Assembly: GCA_964371245.1 (NCBI GenBank)
Contig: CAYJKP010000001.1
Coordinates: 1 to 51,127, forward strand
Direction: 5' to 3'
Length of the DNA: 51,127 nt
From: an uncultured Gammaproteobacteria bacterium
GTDB taxonomy: Bacteria > Patescibacteriota > Patescibacteriia > JAHIZJ01
The first letter of the stretch is position 1, and every line of letters starts with the position of its first letter. The notes beneath the pieces are model-generated. The model saw nothing but the letters and a program-made list of their open reading frames with translations. It had not been told where the DNA came from and made no database searches. Both the position numbers and the translations under genes were made by a program. Positions 33,565 through 44,600 of this stretch are shown here, piece after piece.

Positions 33565-34719
33565 GTGATGAAAAAATTCATATTTGTCGGGCTGCTGATG
33601 GTTATCGGTCTCGCCGTGCCGCAACTCGGTCAGGCCGCGTTTGATCAACGGAGCATTGTCTCGACAAATGAGGTGGTGCATGATAATTTCGTGAGTTTCG
33701 CCAACACCATCACGATCGACGGAAAAGTCGAGGGCGATGTTCTGGCGGTTGGCTCGCAGGTGACCATAAACGGTGAGGTTACCGGCGATGTTATCGCCGC
33801 CGCATATTCATTGACTGTGAGCGGCCGGGTGAACGGGAGCGTCCGAGCGGTTGCGACCGATGTGACGATTCGGGGAGCGGTTAGCCGCAATGTCACAGTC
33901 GCCGCCGCGAACGATCTGATGGTGACAAACATTGGCTCGATCGCGGGCAGCCTCTCCTATGTCGCCGGCAACGTCACGATCGCCGGTCCAATCGCCGGCA
34001 ACGTGACCGGCCAGGCGGTATCGCTCGACCTCAACGCCGAAGTGAAAAAAGATGTCCAGGTTGGAGTGAGCGGAAAAGGCTTAACCCTTGGTTCACTGGC
34101 GAAAATCGGTGGTAACCTCCGGTATGACAGCAGCGAAACGATACCGCTTAATGCCAGCGTTGTGGCTGGAACGATTGTGCATCGCGAACCGCGGGTCGAC
34201 GTTACCAGTCTCCGCCAGTTTGCCATTAAGGCCTCCTGGACGTTTCGTGTTATGAATTTCCTCGGTCTGCTTCTGATTGGTCTAATTATCATCGCAATCA
34301 TGCCAAAAGGTGCCTCGGCGGTGGTACACGATATGGCCACACGGCCATTCATGAAAATCGGCTGGGGAATCCTCTTGCTGATCGGTTTTCCTATTGCCAT
34401 GGTTATCCTGGCTGGTTCGATCGTTGGCCTGCCGATGGCCGTTATTCTCGCAACATTATATGCCCTAGGAATCTACCTCAGCCCCGTATTTGTAGGGCTC
34501 TTAATCGGACAAAGCTTCTTTGCCTATGTCCTGCGGGGAAAAAATATACCGATGGCCTTGTCATTTACGGTCGGATTTATCGCCTATACCGCTTTAACCT
34601 GGATTGTGTATCTTGGTGTTTTTATAAGCTTGGCTGGGGTCATCTGGGGCTTTAGCAGCCTAGTCAGGGTCATAGTCAGTCATATCCGTCAGACAAACAG
34701 TCTCCACGAATCAAAATAA
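33565..34719 (+). CDS. Secreted bactofilin-like beta-helix repeat domain plus a C-terminal multi-TM domain
   Basis: Signal peptide; repeats V.I.G.V.GDV..A; five or more C-terminal TM helices. Confidence 0.85.
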   Translation: MMKKFIFVGLLMVIGLAVPQLGQAAFDQRSIVSTNEVVHDNFVSFANTITIDGKVEGDVLAVGSQVTINGEVTGDVIAAAYSLTVSGRVNGSVRAVATDVTIRGAVSRNVTVAAANDLMVTNIGSIAGSLSYVAGNVTIAGPIAGNVTGQAVSLDLNAEVKKDVQVGVSGKGLTLGSLAKIGGNLRYDSSETIPLNASVVAGTIVHREPRVDVTSLRQFAIKASWTFRVMNFLGLLLIGLIIIAIMPKGASAVVHDMATRPFMKIGWGILLLIGFPIAMVILAGSIVGLPMAVILATLYALGIYLSPVFVGLLIGQSFFAYVLRGKNIPMALSFTVGFIAYTALTWIVYLGVFISLAGVIWGFSSLVRVIVSHIRQTNSLHESK

Positions 34720-34767
34720 GCACACGTCTGCGCCTAGCGCGCAAACGTTTTTTACGTTTATAAAGCA

Positions 34768-36129
34768 ATGGAGTCTATTACAAAGAACATCTTCAAAGCC
34801 TATGATATCCGCGGGCTCTACCCGACGGAGCTGAACGAAACCGGAATGGCCGAGATTGCCCGGGCGTATTATGCAATGTGTCATCCGAAAAACCTGGTCA
34901 TTGGCCGCGACGCGCGGCTCTCGTCAGCGCAACTAAAAACAGCCTTTGTTGACGCCCTCCGGGGCTACCCGGTCACTGTTACGGATCTTGGTTTGATACC
35001 GAGCGAGGTTATGTATTTTGCCGTCGGAAAATTCGGCTATGATGCCGGCGCCATGATCACCGCCTCGCATAATCCTGCTGAATATAACGGGATCAGGTTT
35101 GTCGATGAAACTGTTCGCATGATCCCGGGTCGGGGCATCCTTCCATATCTTGAGAAGGCCGAAACACCAGCTGATTCGTCGTCACGCTTGCTGACGCGGA
35201 ACATAATACCGGAATACGTCCAGCACGCGTTGACGTTTATTGATCGAACCAAGATACGACCGCTGAACGTCGTGGTTGATGCCGGCAACGGAATGGCTGG
35301 GACGGTTATCACGGAATTAGCTGCGCGCCTGCCGATAAGAGTTATTCCGTTATTTTTCGAGCTGGATGGCCGATTTCCGAACCGGTCGCCCAACCCCGTT
35401 TTGCCCGAAGCCCGCACCGCCTGCAGCCGGCGCGTCCGCGACGAGCACGCTGATTTCGGGGTGCTCTTTGACGGCGACGCGGATCGGGCAATGTTTATTA
35501 CGGAAGAAGGCGAGTGGATCCGCGGCGACATCGGTTTATTGCTACTGGCCAAGCAACTGCTAAAAAAATATCCGGGCAAGGGCGTATCGTATAACGTTGT
35601 CTGCAGCCGCGCCGTGCCAGAAAAAATCACGCAATGGGGCGGTCGACCGCTGCGCACGCCCGTTGGTTTTGTCAATGTCTCGGGCGCCCTGCGAAAGCAT
35701 GACGGCATCCTGGGCGGCGAGACGTCTGCTCATTACTGTTTTCGGGGTAATTATTTTGCTGATTCCGGTTTGATTGCGTTTGTGACTGTTCTTGAATTGC
35801 TTTCCGAAGCCGACCAACCATTGTCGCGCCTCGTGGCTGATTTAAACCCCTACCATCGCGTCGAAGAGTATTTTACTGTATCAGACCAGCATCCAATCGT
35901 TCGGGCGATCGAAGAAAAATACGTCGATGGGAAAAAGGATGGACTCGACGGCTTGACCGTCGAATATGACGACTGGTGGTTTAACATCCGGCCATCGAAC
36001 ACCGAGCCGATATTGCGATTAACGATTGAGGCGGTGACTGAGGCGAGGTTACAAAAGCAGGTGGCTGAGCTTGAAGACTATTTCCCGGCCAAGAGTAAAA
36101 GGGCAACGATTGTGGGTAAGCAGCATTGA
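34768..36129 (+). CDS. Phosphomannomutase/phosphoglucomutase (paralog 1)
   Basis: FKAYDIRG, ITASHNP, FDGDADR, GGETSAH and IRPSNTEP. Confidence 0.95.
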   Translation: MESITKNIFKAYDIRGLYPTELNETGMAEIARAYYAMCHPKNLVIGRDARLSSAQLKTAFVDALRGYPVTVTDLGLIPSEVMYFAVGKFGYDAGAMITASHNPAEYNGIRFVDETVRMIPGRGILPYLEKAETPADSSSRLLTRNIIPEYVQHALTFIDRTKIRPLNVVVDAGNGMAGTVITELAARLPIRVIPLFFELDGRFPNRSPNPVLPEARTACSRRVRDEHADFGVLFDGDADRAMFITEEGEWIRGDIGLLLLAKQLLKKYPGKGVSYNVVCSRAVPEKITQWGGRPLRTPVGFVNVSGALRKHDGILGGETSAHYCFRGNYFADSGLIAFVTVLELLSEADQPLSRLVADLNPYHRVEEYFTVSDQHPIVRAIEEKYVDGKKDGLDGLTVEYDDWWFNIRPSNTEPILRLTIEAVTEARLQKQVAELEDYFPAKSKRATIVGKQH

Positions 36130-36204
36130 CGCGAGGCGCATTCAACGGTAAAATCAACCAGAGCTTTCAAAAAGCATGTCAATCTAAAATATTCAAAAAA
36201 ACGA

Positions 36205-37638
36205 ATGAAAATCAATCCATTTGTCTTTCGAAATTACGACATTCGTGGGATTGTCGATCAAGACCTCGATGCCGATAAGGTTGAAGCAATCGCAAAAGCG
36301 TTCGGTACGTTTTTACATCGTCGGAAAATCCGACAGGCGGTCGTCGGCCGGGATTGTCGACTAAGCGGTCCGGACTATCAAGCCGCCGTGATTCGGGGGT
36401 TGACCTCGACCGGCGTCGACGTCATCGATCTTGGTATGGTGATGACCCAGATGATGTATTATGCCCAGTACCGCTATCAAACCAATGGCGGCGTTATGAT
36501 TACCGCCTCACACAATCCTTGGAATTTTAATGGTTTTAAGCTCGGGATCGCCTATTCACAGACGACCGAGCCGGAGCACGTTCAAGAGATAAAAGACCTC
36601 GCCGATCGCGATGAGTTTTATGTTGCGCCAACGGCCGGGACGGTTACGCAGGCAGACGTGAAAGAGGACTACATCCAGGACGTCTTGAAGCGCATTCGCT
36701 TGAAGCGTAAATTTAAGGTCGTTGTTGACTGCCACCAGGGTACAACCGGAATGTTTGTACCCGAAATACTCGAGCGCGCCGGTTGTGAGGTAATCGGAAA
36801 AAATCTGACCGTTGACGGTCATTTCCCGGTTGGCACGCCTGATCCGACCGACCAAAAAGTCATGGTGGAGGTTGGTCGCATGGTGCTGGAAGAGAAAGCC
36901 GATTTTGGACTGGCCTTTGACGGTGACGGCGATCGGATCGGCACGGTTGATGAAAAAGGCAGAATTCTCTGGAATGACGTGCTGGTAGCCATCTTTGCCA
37001 AAGAAATCCTTGAACGTTTTCCAAACACAAAGATTGTGTACAACACCCTGTGTTCACAAGTTGTGCCAGAAGTGGTTAAACAGTCGAACGGCATACCGGT
37101 TATCTGGCGAACCGGCCATTCTTTCATCAAGGCGAAGATCGCAGCCGAAAAAGCGGCGTTTGGCGGAGAGCTATCCGGCCACTTCTTCTTTGCGGACAAT
37201 GCGTATGGCCACGATGATGGCTCGTATGCTGCCCTCCGTCTGCTCGAATACCTCTCCGACAAAGGTATGACGCTGAGCCAGCTCTATGAGAGTTTCCCGC
37301 CCTACATTTCCTCGCCGGAAATCAAAATCGGTTGCCCAGACGATAAGAAGGCCCAAGTGGTAAAGGAAATTTCTATAAAATTTAAGAATGATTTTCCAAA
37401 CGGACGCGTGACGGATGATACAATTATACCGGGTGATGACGGCTGCCGGATCGATTTCGACGATGGCATGATCATTTTTCGGTATTCGCAGAACGGCCCG
37501 TATCTGACGGTAAAATTTGAAGCCAAGGACAAAGAAACGTATGAACAACGTCGTCTCTACGTCCGCGATACCTTGAAATCGTACCCGGACATGATTTGGG
37601 AAGACCAACTCTGCGTTAATTTAGCCGTACTTGAATAA
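36205..37638 (+). CDS. Phosphomannomutase/phosphoglucomutase (paralog 2)
   Basis: FRNYDIRG, ITASHNP, FDGDGDR and GGELSGH; phosphate loop RYSQNGP. Confidence 0.95.
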   Translation: MKINPFVFRNYDIRGIVDQDLDADKVEAIAKAFGTFLHRRKIRQAVVGRDCRLSGPDYQAAVIRGLTSTGVDVIDLGMVMTQMMYYAQYRYQTNGGVMITASHNPWNFNGFKLGIAYSQTTEPEHVQEIKDLADRDEFYVAPTAGTVTQADVKEDYIQDVLKRIRLKRKFKVVVDCHQGTTGMFVPEILERAGCEVIGKNLTVDGHFPVGTPDPTDQKVMVEVGRMVLEEKADFGLAFDGDGDRIGTVDEKGRILWNDVLVAIFAKEILERFPNTKIVYNTLCSQVVPEVVKQSNGIPVIWRTGHSFIKAKIAAEKAAFGGELSGHFFFADNAYGHDDGSYAALRLLEYLSDKGMTLSQLYESFPPYISSPEIKIGCPDDKKAQVVKEISIKFKNDFPNGRVTDDTIIPGDDGCRIDFDDGMIIFRYSQNGPYLTVKFEAKDKETYEQRRLYVRDTLKSYPDMIWEDQLCVNLAVLE

Positions 37639-37651
37639 GTAATAAAACATT

Positions 37652-38515
37652 ATGGATTATCAGATTGCTCGGAAGGTAGCTCAGACGGCTGTGCGTCGAG
37701 CCGGACGCTTGTTATTGGAGAATTTTCAGAAAGTGCAGCGTATTGAGATAAAAACGCGGCGCGATTTAGTGCTGGCAATTGACCTCAAAGCGGAACGGCT
37801 AATCGTGCAAGAAATTCAACGGCATTTTCCGGATCACAATATTCTCTCCGAACAGGCGGGCTTTACCGACAAAGGATCGCCCTATACGTGGGTGATCGAC
37901 CCGATGGACGGTTCGGTGAATTATTATAATGGCGTGGCGCCGTTTTGCACCAGTATGGCCCTTGTCTATCGCCAGACGACGATACTCTCGGCTATCTATG
38001 ACCCGATGGAGAAAAAACTGTATTATGCGGAGCGAGGCAAGGGCGCCTGGGTGAATGATCGGCGCCTCAGGGTCAGTCGGCACGCCGACATCCACAACAC
38101 GCTGGTTATGACGCATCTCTCTTCCCGACGCATCGCGCGCGCCCTGACGCTGAAAACCTTTGGTCGGTTGTATGATTATGATATGCGTATTCGACTGTTT
38201 GGTTCTGGGATCGCCGCGCTTACGTATGTCGCGAGCGGAACGTTTGATATATTTTACAATATTCTGACGTATCCTTGGGATATAGTTTCGGGCGCGTTAT
38301 TAGTGGAAGAGGCGGGCGGGAAGGTGACTGATTTCCAGGGCCGGCCTATTACCTTGAAATCAACCTCGATTGTCGCGACCAACCACAGGTTTCATGCGAC
38401 AATTCTTCGGATTGTAAAGGGCGCTCATGTTTCCAGCAAGGTCATTCACAAGGCGATTTTTCGGACCATACACGGAGACAAGGCTGTCCGTCACTCGAAA
38501 TCATCGAGACATTAA
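37652..38515 (+). CDS. Inositol monophosphatase family protein (SuhB-like)
   Basis: WVIDPMDGSVNY and PWDIVSGALLVEEAGGKVTD. Confidence 0.93.
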   Translation: MDYQIARKVAQTAVRRAGRLLLENFQKVQRIEIKTRRDLVLAIDLKAERLIVQEIQRHFPDHNILSEQAGFTDKGSPYTWVIDPMDGSVNYYNGVAPFCTSMALVYRQTTILSAIYDPMEKKLYYAERGKGAWVNDRRLRVSRHADIHNTLVMTHLSSRRIARALTLKTFGRLYDYDMRIRLFGSGIAALTYVASGTFDIFYNILTYPWDIVSGALLVEEAGGKVTDFQGRPITLKSTSIVATNHRFHATILRIVKGAHVSSKVIHKAIFRTIHGDKAVRHSKSSRH

Positions 38516-38544
38516 GATTTTCAAATAATACCTAAATAATTTGC

Positions 38545-39186
38545 ATGTCATATAAGGGTATACTGTTTGATCTCGATGGCGTATTGATAGATTCTGAATC
38601 GGCTATCGAGGAAATATTCAGACGCATATTGAAAGCCATCGGCAATTTTAATCTAACCCCGGAGCTTTATATTAAATACTTCTTAGGCCGGACCGATGCT
38701 GAAGGTTTGGCGATGTTTCAGAAAGATTATCCCGCCATTCCGGTCAATCTCGTCGATAAACACAAAGAACCGGAATACCGGGGGCTGATTGGCGCCAAGA
38801 TAGTGCCGTATCCGGGCGTGCTGGATATTCTGCAAAAAGCCAAACAAGCCGGAATACTGGCCTTGGTAACGAGCTCAATGCGCTGGCAAGTAGAAGCGCT
38901 CGAGCAAATTATTCCCATCAACGCTTTTTTCCCAATAATCACCACAGCAGATGAAATATCTCGTTCAAAGCCGGACCCGGAAATATATCAGATCACTTTA
39001 AAGAAACTTGGTTTGTCGGCCGGCGATTGTCTTGCCATCGAGGATACGGCCAATGGTGTGCGCTCGGCCAAAGCCGCCGGTTTGACCTGTTGGGCGGTTG
39101 AGCATACCACGCCAAAAATAGAGTTAAAAGGGGCGGACAAAATATTTGAAAGAATTGGTGATATTAATTTTATAGAGGCATTATGA
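38545..39186 (+). CDS. HAD family phosphatase
   Basis: LFDLDGVLIDS, VTSS, SKPDPEIY and IEDTANGVRSAKAAG. Confidence 0.92.
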   Translation: MSYKGILFDLDGVLIDSESAIEEIFRRILKAIGNFNLTPELYIKYFLGRTDAEGLAMFQKDYPAIPVNLVDKHKEPEYRGLIGAKIVPYPGVLDILQKAKQAGILALVTSSMRWQVEALEQIIPINAFFPIITTADEISRSKPDPEIYQITLKKLGLSAGDCLAIEDTANGVRSAKAAGLTCWAVEHTTPKIELKGADKIFERIGDINFIEAL

Positions 39187-39971
39187 TCGGAATTTTCGAC
39201 TCAGGCATCGGCGGCTTGACCGTGGTCAAGGAGGTATTTCGGCAATTGCCGGATTACCAGATTGTGTATTTTGGCGATACCGCCCGAACGCCGTACGGCA
39301 GCAAAAGCGAGGAAACAATTACCAAATATGCGCTGCAAGACGCTCAATTCCTGATCGAGCAAGGGGCAAAAATAATCATTGTGGCGTGTCATACCGCCTC
39401 GGCGGTGGCTGCCGAAACACTCAAGAAACATTTCCGCGTACCGGTCTTTGAGGTTGTTACCCCGGCGATCAATAAAGCCCTGGCTGTCACCAGAAAAAAG
39501 CGGCTCGGCATCATTGGTACGACCGCCACGATCGCGAGCGGTATCTATCAGCAGCGGCTGAAAGCAACCAATAGGGATATCGTTATTATCACTCAGGCTT
39601 GCCCGCTTTTTGTACCATTGGTGGAGGAGCGCTGGACAAAAAAGCCGGAAACGAAAATGATCGCCAAACGCTACCTGTATTCAATGACGCTTAAACAAAT
39701 TGATACGCTCGTGCTGGCCTGCACCCATTACCCGCTGATGCGCGACGTCATCCAGCAGAAGATCGGACGGCGCGTCAAGCTGGTCGATCCGGCGGCTGAG
39801 GTTGTTGCTGAGGTAAAACGTTTTCTCGAGGCCCAGCCGGATATAGAAAAAACGTTGACTCGGGGCGAGGCGCACAAATTCTTTGTCAGCGATATTACGG
39901 ATAAGACGCGCCAATCGGCCAAAGATTGGCTTGAGCGGCCCGTACGTCTTGAAAAACACCTGTTGGAATAA
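39183..39971 (+). CDS. murI: Glutamate racemase
   Basis: IGIFDSGIGGLTV, PYGSKS, VACHTAS and LACTHYP. Confidence 0.96.
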   Translation: MIGIFDSGIGGLTVVKEVFRQLPDYQIVYFGDTARTPYGSKSEETITKYALQDAQFLIEQGAKIIIVACHTASAVAAETLKKHFRVPVFEVVTPAINKALAVTRKKRLGIIGTTATIASGIYQQRLKATNRDIVIITQACPLFVPLVEERWTKKPETKMIAKRYLYSMTLKQIDTLVLACTHYPLMRDVIQQKIGRRVKLVDPAAEVVAEVKRFLEAQPDIEKTLTRGEAHKFFVSDITDKTRQSAKDWLERPVRLEKHLLE

Positions 39972-40001
39972 TGGACCCGTCTTTCTGTTATCTGTTCCAA
40001 T

Positions 40002-40030
40002 AAAAAAAGCGCTTCATTCACCCGAAGCGC
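40002..40030 (-). terminator. Intrinsic terminator
   Basis: Minus strand GCGCTTC-GGGTGAAT-GAAGCGC-TTTTTTT. Confidence 0.8.
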
Positions 40031-40061
40031 GAAAGGGCGGGAGCAGTCGAAACGCGGTAGC

Positions 40062-40406
40062 CTAGGATGAGGCACCGCGTTTGTCGGCCGTCGTCATTCT
40101 GGCCAACTCCTCATACGCTGCTGCCTCGGGGCTTTTCGGATCGAAAACGCTCCATTGAGAGGCCACATCAGTGCCATCCCCGAGCGTAAAGAGGACGGGC
40201 TGCTTGAGCGACAGCTGGACCGGCGCGGCGGGTGAATCAGTGAACGATGGACCGTCAGGACCCCAGTTCAACTCCCGGCCGTCCTCCTCGAAGAAGAGAT
40301 ACTCGATTCCGTCCGTCCCCTCAAGGTAGCCAATCGTATCCTGGCCCTGTGGGATAGCCGCGACTCGACCAGCTCTGATACCCGCTGGCAGTCTTTTGGC
40401 GCACAT
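40062..40406 (-). CDS. Hypothetical protein (possible OB/cold-shock-like beta fold)
   Basis: SD GGAGGAGG before ATG 40406; G.V...IGYL...DG.EYLF pattern; own terminator. Confidence 0.7.
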   Translation of the reverse strand: MCAKRLPAGIRAGRVAAIPQGQDTIGYLEGTDGIEYLFFEEDGRELNWGPDGPSFTDSPAAPVQLSLKQPVLFTLGDGTDVASQWSVFDPKSPEAAAYEELARMTTADKRGASS

Positions 40407-40528
40407 ACTAATCGCCTCCTCCAGTCTGGGTTGAGAGAGCAAGAAAACACCGTTTTTGTATAATATTACTTTTGGGCAAAAAAGCAAGCTTTTCAGCTTG
40501 TTTTAAAGTGAATTATTTTTGATATAGA

Positions 40529-41512
40529 TTAAAGTAGCCCCATTTTTCGTTTGACTTCAGCCAGGGTGTAGCGGGCGATGGGCCGGGCTTTCTTCGCCCC
40601 GTCAGCGAGCGTTTTCCAGACTGCCTTCGGATCTTGAGCCAGCTCAGCCCGTTTTTTCTGGAACGGCTGGAGTTTATTTACCACCGCCTCAGCGAGAGTC
40701 TCCTTCAGTTCGGAATAGCGTATGGTTTTGTTATTGTAAGCTGTTTCGTATTTCTTGTATTCCATGGCTGTGCCGAACTCATGGAGCAGTAAAAACAGGT
40801 TTTTCACGCCCGGACTCATTTCGTTTTCGTTCGCGCCAACGTCGGTCACGGCGCTCTTTATTTTTTGCCGGATCACGTCCGGCGTGTCAGTTAAAATAAC
40901 TGAGTGTTTCTGCCCGAACTCTTTACCCATTTTTTTTGTCGGATCAGTAAGGGACATGATGCGGCGAGTTTCAGTGAGCTGAGCCTTAGGCATAACGAAT
41001 GTGGGACCAAATGCATTATTAAATTTTCTGGCGATAATACGAGTCAGCTCCACGTGCTGTTGTTGATCTTCGCCGACCGGCACAACATCTGTTTGGTATA
41101 GTAAAATGTCCGCTGCCATAAGAACGGGATAGTTTAGTAAACCGGCCTGTACGCTCTTCTGAGTCTTTGATTTATCTTTATATTGCGTCATCCGTTCCAG
41201 CTCGCCAACGGGCGTAATCGTCTCCAATAGCCAGGCTAATTCTGTATGCTCGGGTACGTCGGATTGCAGAAAGATAATCGATTTATTCGGATCAAGGCCA
41301 GCGGCCAGATAGTCAAGCGCAGCGTCAAATATCCGCTCGCGCATGATTTTTGGATCATATGCAACTGTAATCGCGTGATAGTCGACGATGCAAAATATAC
41401 AGTGGTTGTTTTCTTGGAGCTCCAGCCACTGTGTTATAGCGCCAAGGTAATTACCAAGATGGATAGCGCCAGATGGTTTAATACCGGAGAAGACGGTTTG
41501 TTTTTTCACCAT
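40529..41512 (-). CDS. trpS: Tryptophanyl-tRNA synthetase
   Basis: SGIKPSGAIHLGNYLGA, VDYHAIT, YPVLMAADILLY and VPVGEDQ..HVE; KMSKS appears as KMGKE. Confidence 0.97.
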   Translation of the reverse strand: MVKKQTVFSGIKPSGAIHLGNYLGAITQWLELQENNHCIFCIVDYHAITVAYDPKIMRERIFDAALDYLAAGLDPNKSIIFLQSDVPEHTELAWLLETITPVGELERMTQYKDKSKTQKSVQAGLLNYPVLMAADILLYQTDVVPVGEDQQQHVELTRIIARKFNNAFGPTFVMPKAQLTETRRIMSLTDPTKKMGKEFGQKHSVILTDTPDVIRQKIKSAVTDVGANENEMSPGVKNLFLLLHEFGTAMEYKKYETAYNNKTIRYSELKETLAEAVVNKLQPFQKKRAELAQDPKAVWKTLADGAKKARPIARYTLAEVKRKMGLL

Positions 41513-41542
41513 AATATGACTATTTTAGCATATAAAACGAAA

Positions 41543-41594
41543 GTAGGCGAGGATAACTTGCCCCGTATTTATTACGGGGATCATCCTCGCCTAC
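41543..41594. repeat. Nested palindrome upstream of trpS
   Basis: GTAGGCGAGGAT/ATCCTCGCCTAC 12-bp stem enclosing CCCCGTA-TTTAT-TACGGGG. Confidence 0.7.
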
Positions 41595-41607
41595 GAATAT
41601 AACAAAC

Positions 41608-41638
41608 CAAAAACCCCTGCAGCCAGCAGAGGTTTTTG
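41608..41638 (-). terminator. Intrinsic terminator of the FG-GAP protein gene
   Basis: CAAAAACCCCTGC-AGCCA-GCAGAGGTTTTTG. Confidence 0.75.
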
Positions 41639-41658
41639 TATTGAGTTGTCTAGAGTTG

Positions 41659-44600
41659 CTAGATTGCCGGGCTGATCGTGATACCGCCGCGGAAACCAGG
41701 GTGGTGCGAGAAGAATTGCGACAACGCCTGGCCGTCCTGGTTGAAGGTGCGCACCTGCGGTCCCATACCGGTACCAGGCGCGGTCACAATCTCCGTCGTG
41801 CCATCGCCATTGAGGTCGGCCACGAACGAGGTGAAGTTGCCGCGGAGGGTCGAGGCATAGGCCCAGAATTGCGAGAGCACCGTGCCGTCAACCTCGAAGA
41901 CGCGGACTTGCGGGCCGGCGTTTGATTCCGGCGTAACTACGATCTCGAGATTGCCGTCGCCGTCAACATCGCCGCCTGAGGCATAGATGCCGCCGCGGAA
42001 CGTTTCAGCGTAGGCGAAGAAGCGACCGAGCAGATTGCCATTCCCATCAAAGGAAGCAACCTGCGGGCCGAGGCCGGCTTTCGGGCTGACAACAATGTCA
42101 TAGACGCCGTCGCTATTGACGTCGCCGAGCGTGAGGTTGAAGCCGCCGCGGACGTTTGAGGCATAGGCGAAGAATTGGCTTAGCAACGTGCCGTCGGATT
42201 TAATAACGCGGATTTGCGGACCAGCCGCGCTTTCCGGGGCGACCACAACTTCTTGCGCGCCATCGCCGTTGACATCGGCAACCGCCAGTTCGACGCCGCC
42301 GCGGAAGGTTTCGGCATAGGCGAAGTATTGGCGTTTCATTTCACCCCGGCTGTTGAAGATTTTCACCTGCGGGCCACCGCCAGCCATTGGGGCGGTAACT
42401 ATCTCATAGACGCCATCGTTATCATCATCGATGACTGAGAGGTTCACACCCATGTGCAGACCGGAATCATACGCCCAGAATTGGCCCTCGACTTGGCCGG
42501 CTTTGTTGAAGATGCGGATCTGCGGGCCGGCACCGGCGCCGGGCGCGGTGATGATTTCTACCTCGCCATCGCCGTCAACGTCAGCCGTGACAGCCTGGAT
42601 GCCGATGCGGAGGCTCGAAGAGTAGGCGAAGAAGTTGGTAACGATCTTTCCGTTTTCATCAGCCACGATGACCTGCGGACCGCCATTGGAGAGCGGCGTC
42701 ACGAGGATATCGTTTTGCGTTGTCCCAAGTCCACCAAGGATATTCGCGCCGGCAACGAGAGCAAAATTCGTGAAGTGAGTGGACTGGAAACAGATGGTAT
42801 TCGCGTCAATATCCTGAGTCGCACCCTCGGGCAATTCCCACGTGCCGGTGGTGGCGTTGTAATACTTCGCGATCAGATTGTTTTCATCGAGTCCCTGTTC
42901 ATCGACAACGTCCTGGCTGTATGGGATACAGACGCTGACCGCGCTGTTGAACGATTCAACAAGGGCGCCATCCGGGTCGGTCATCTCGAAGTTCCAGGCA
43001 AAATTCAACGGCTTGTTGTTCTGATCATAGAAGAGCTTGATATTCGGTGAAGCCATGAGGGTCATGGTATCGCCTTCGGGGCCGAACGCGGCAGGCGAGG
43101 CTGTGAGCGTCGTACCGTCGGGCAGCGTCAGGCTGAGTTGCGTACCGGCGTCAAACTGAGTGGTAAAACCTTCCGGCATCGTCCAGTTCTTTTCGAGCAA
43201 GGTGATCTCGCCAATATTAACCTCACCGGTTGTTGGTACGTTCACTGCTTGCGGATCGGAACGGCTCATTTTCCGATTACTATCGGAACCGCACTCAACT
43301 TGCCATACGTCACCAGAGTTCACCGGGATACTGAAGGCGCCGTTTATGATTTCACCACCAGAGAATTTACCGTTAAATGTGAAGGCATTACAGAAGCCCC
43401 ATGATACCGATTCGCCGTTTTCATTGACCGTCGTACCCTTGATTGTAGCATCGGCCTGGCCGAATTGAAGGGTGAGGGTCTTCGTGTCACCGTCCACGAG
43501 CGTTACTTCCTGCATATCCGGCGGCATCCAGTTAGTGTTCGTTGATTGGTCTATGCCAGCGCCGCACTCAAAAGTGCCCGCAATGACATTGACCTGTCCC
43601 TGACCGTTTCGGATCTCGCCGCCCGTGTCAACCATAGTGCTCTCAGCTTCGACCTTGTTTTCCATTTCCTTGCGGTTTGAACACCAGGCCCAGCCGAATT
43701 TCACCGCTTTGCCGTCAGGATCGAGTAAGCTTACTTTCACGTGAGCCGTGGCGCGGAAGGCTGTCAGGACCTTCGTCACAGTACCGTCAACCGGCACGGT
43801 GAAAGGATCCATGTTTGGCGGGGAGTTCAGGAAGTCGCCGCTGCCTGTTCCCATATTCGGGAAATTGTAGCCCATGACATATTTCAGGCCACCTTTGACA
43901 CTGAGTGAAAAACTTCCATCGGCTTGATTTACCCGCGTACCGAGCCAGACGCCTCCGCCGCCTTTATTGTCTCCGCCGACCACGGCGTAGACTTCTGCGT
44001 CAGCGCCTTTGATAGCCTTGCCGTTTTGGTCTTTGAGGAAACCACGGATCTTAGCATCCGGACGTTCCATGACCAGCGCAACGTTGGCGGACTCACCCTC
44101 ATCAAGCGTTACTTCAACTTCTTCTCGGAGCAGCATGACATTGGCATTGTCAGTCGGTACCTGAGCGCCGACAATGTATGTTTGGCCGCCAAGCAGAGCG
44201 ATCGTGGCGGCGCCGCGGTCGATGCCGCTGCCGAAGTTCGAGCCACCGTTACTGCTCTTTTTTCGAGCATAGGCCCAGCCGAATATATTTGTGATGGCGT
44301 TTCCATCGGTATCCACCAGTCGAACGTTGATTTGCGCATCAGCCCGCTGGACCTCGAAGTTCACGCCCGAAATCGTTTCGTTCGCTGACAGATCATAGAG
44401 CTCTGATGGACCCGTTTGAGGCATGATATATTCCGTATTGCGGTCATCCGGCCGGCATTCATATTGGCCGGGGGGGAGCCAGATAGTGAATGACCCGTCA
44501 GCGACAGTGGTGGTTTGACCCCAGCCAGAGCCGTTGCGCGTCCAGCAGTTTAATCGGAGCCCCTCGACCGGATCGCCGGCGTCGACGAGCGTGACCTTAC

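Noticed and set aside
40915-40935. TrpRS KMSKS motif reads KMGKE
   Set aside because: Both lysines are kept and this loop is known to vary; insufficient to claim altered function.
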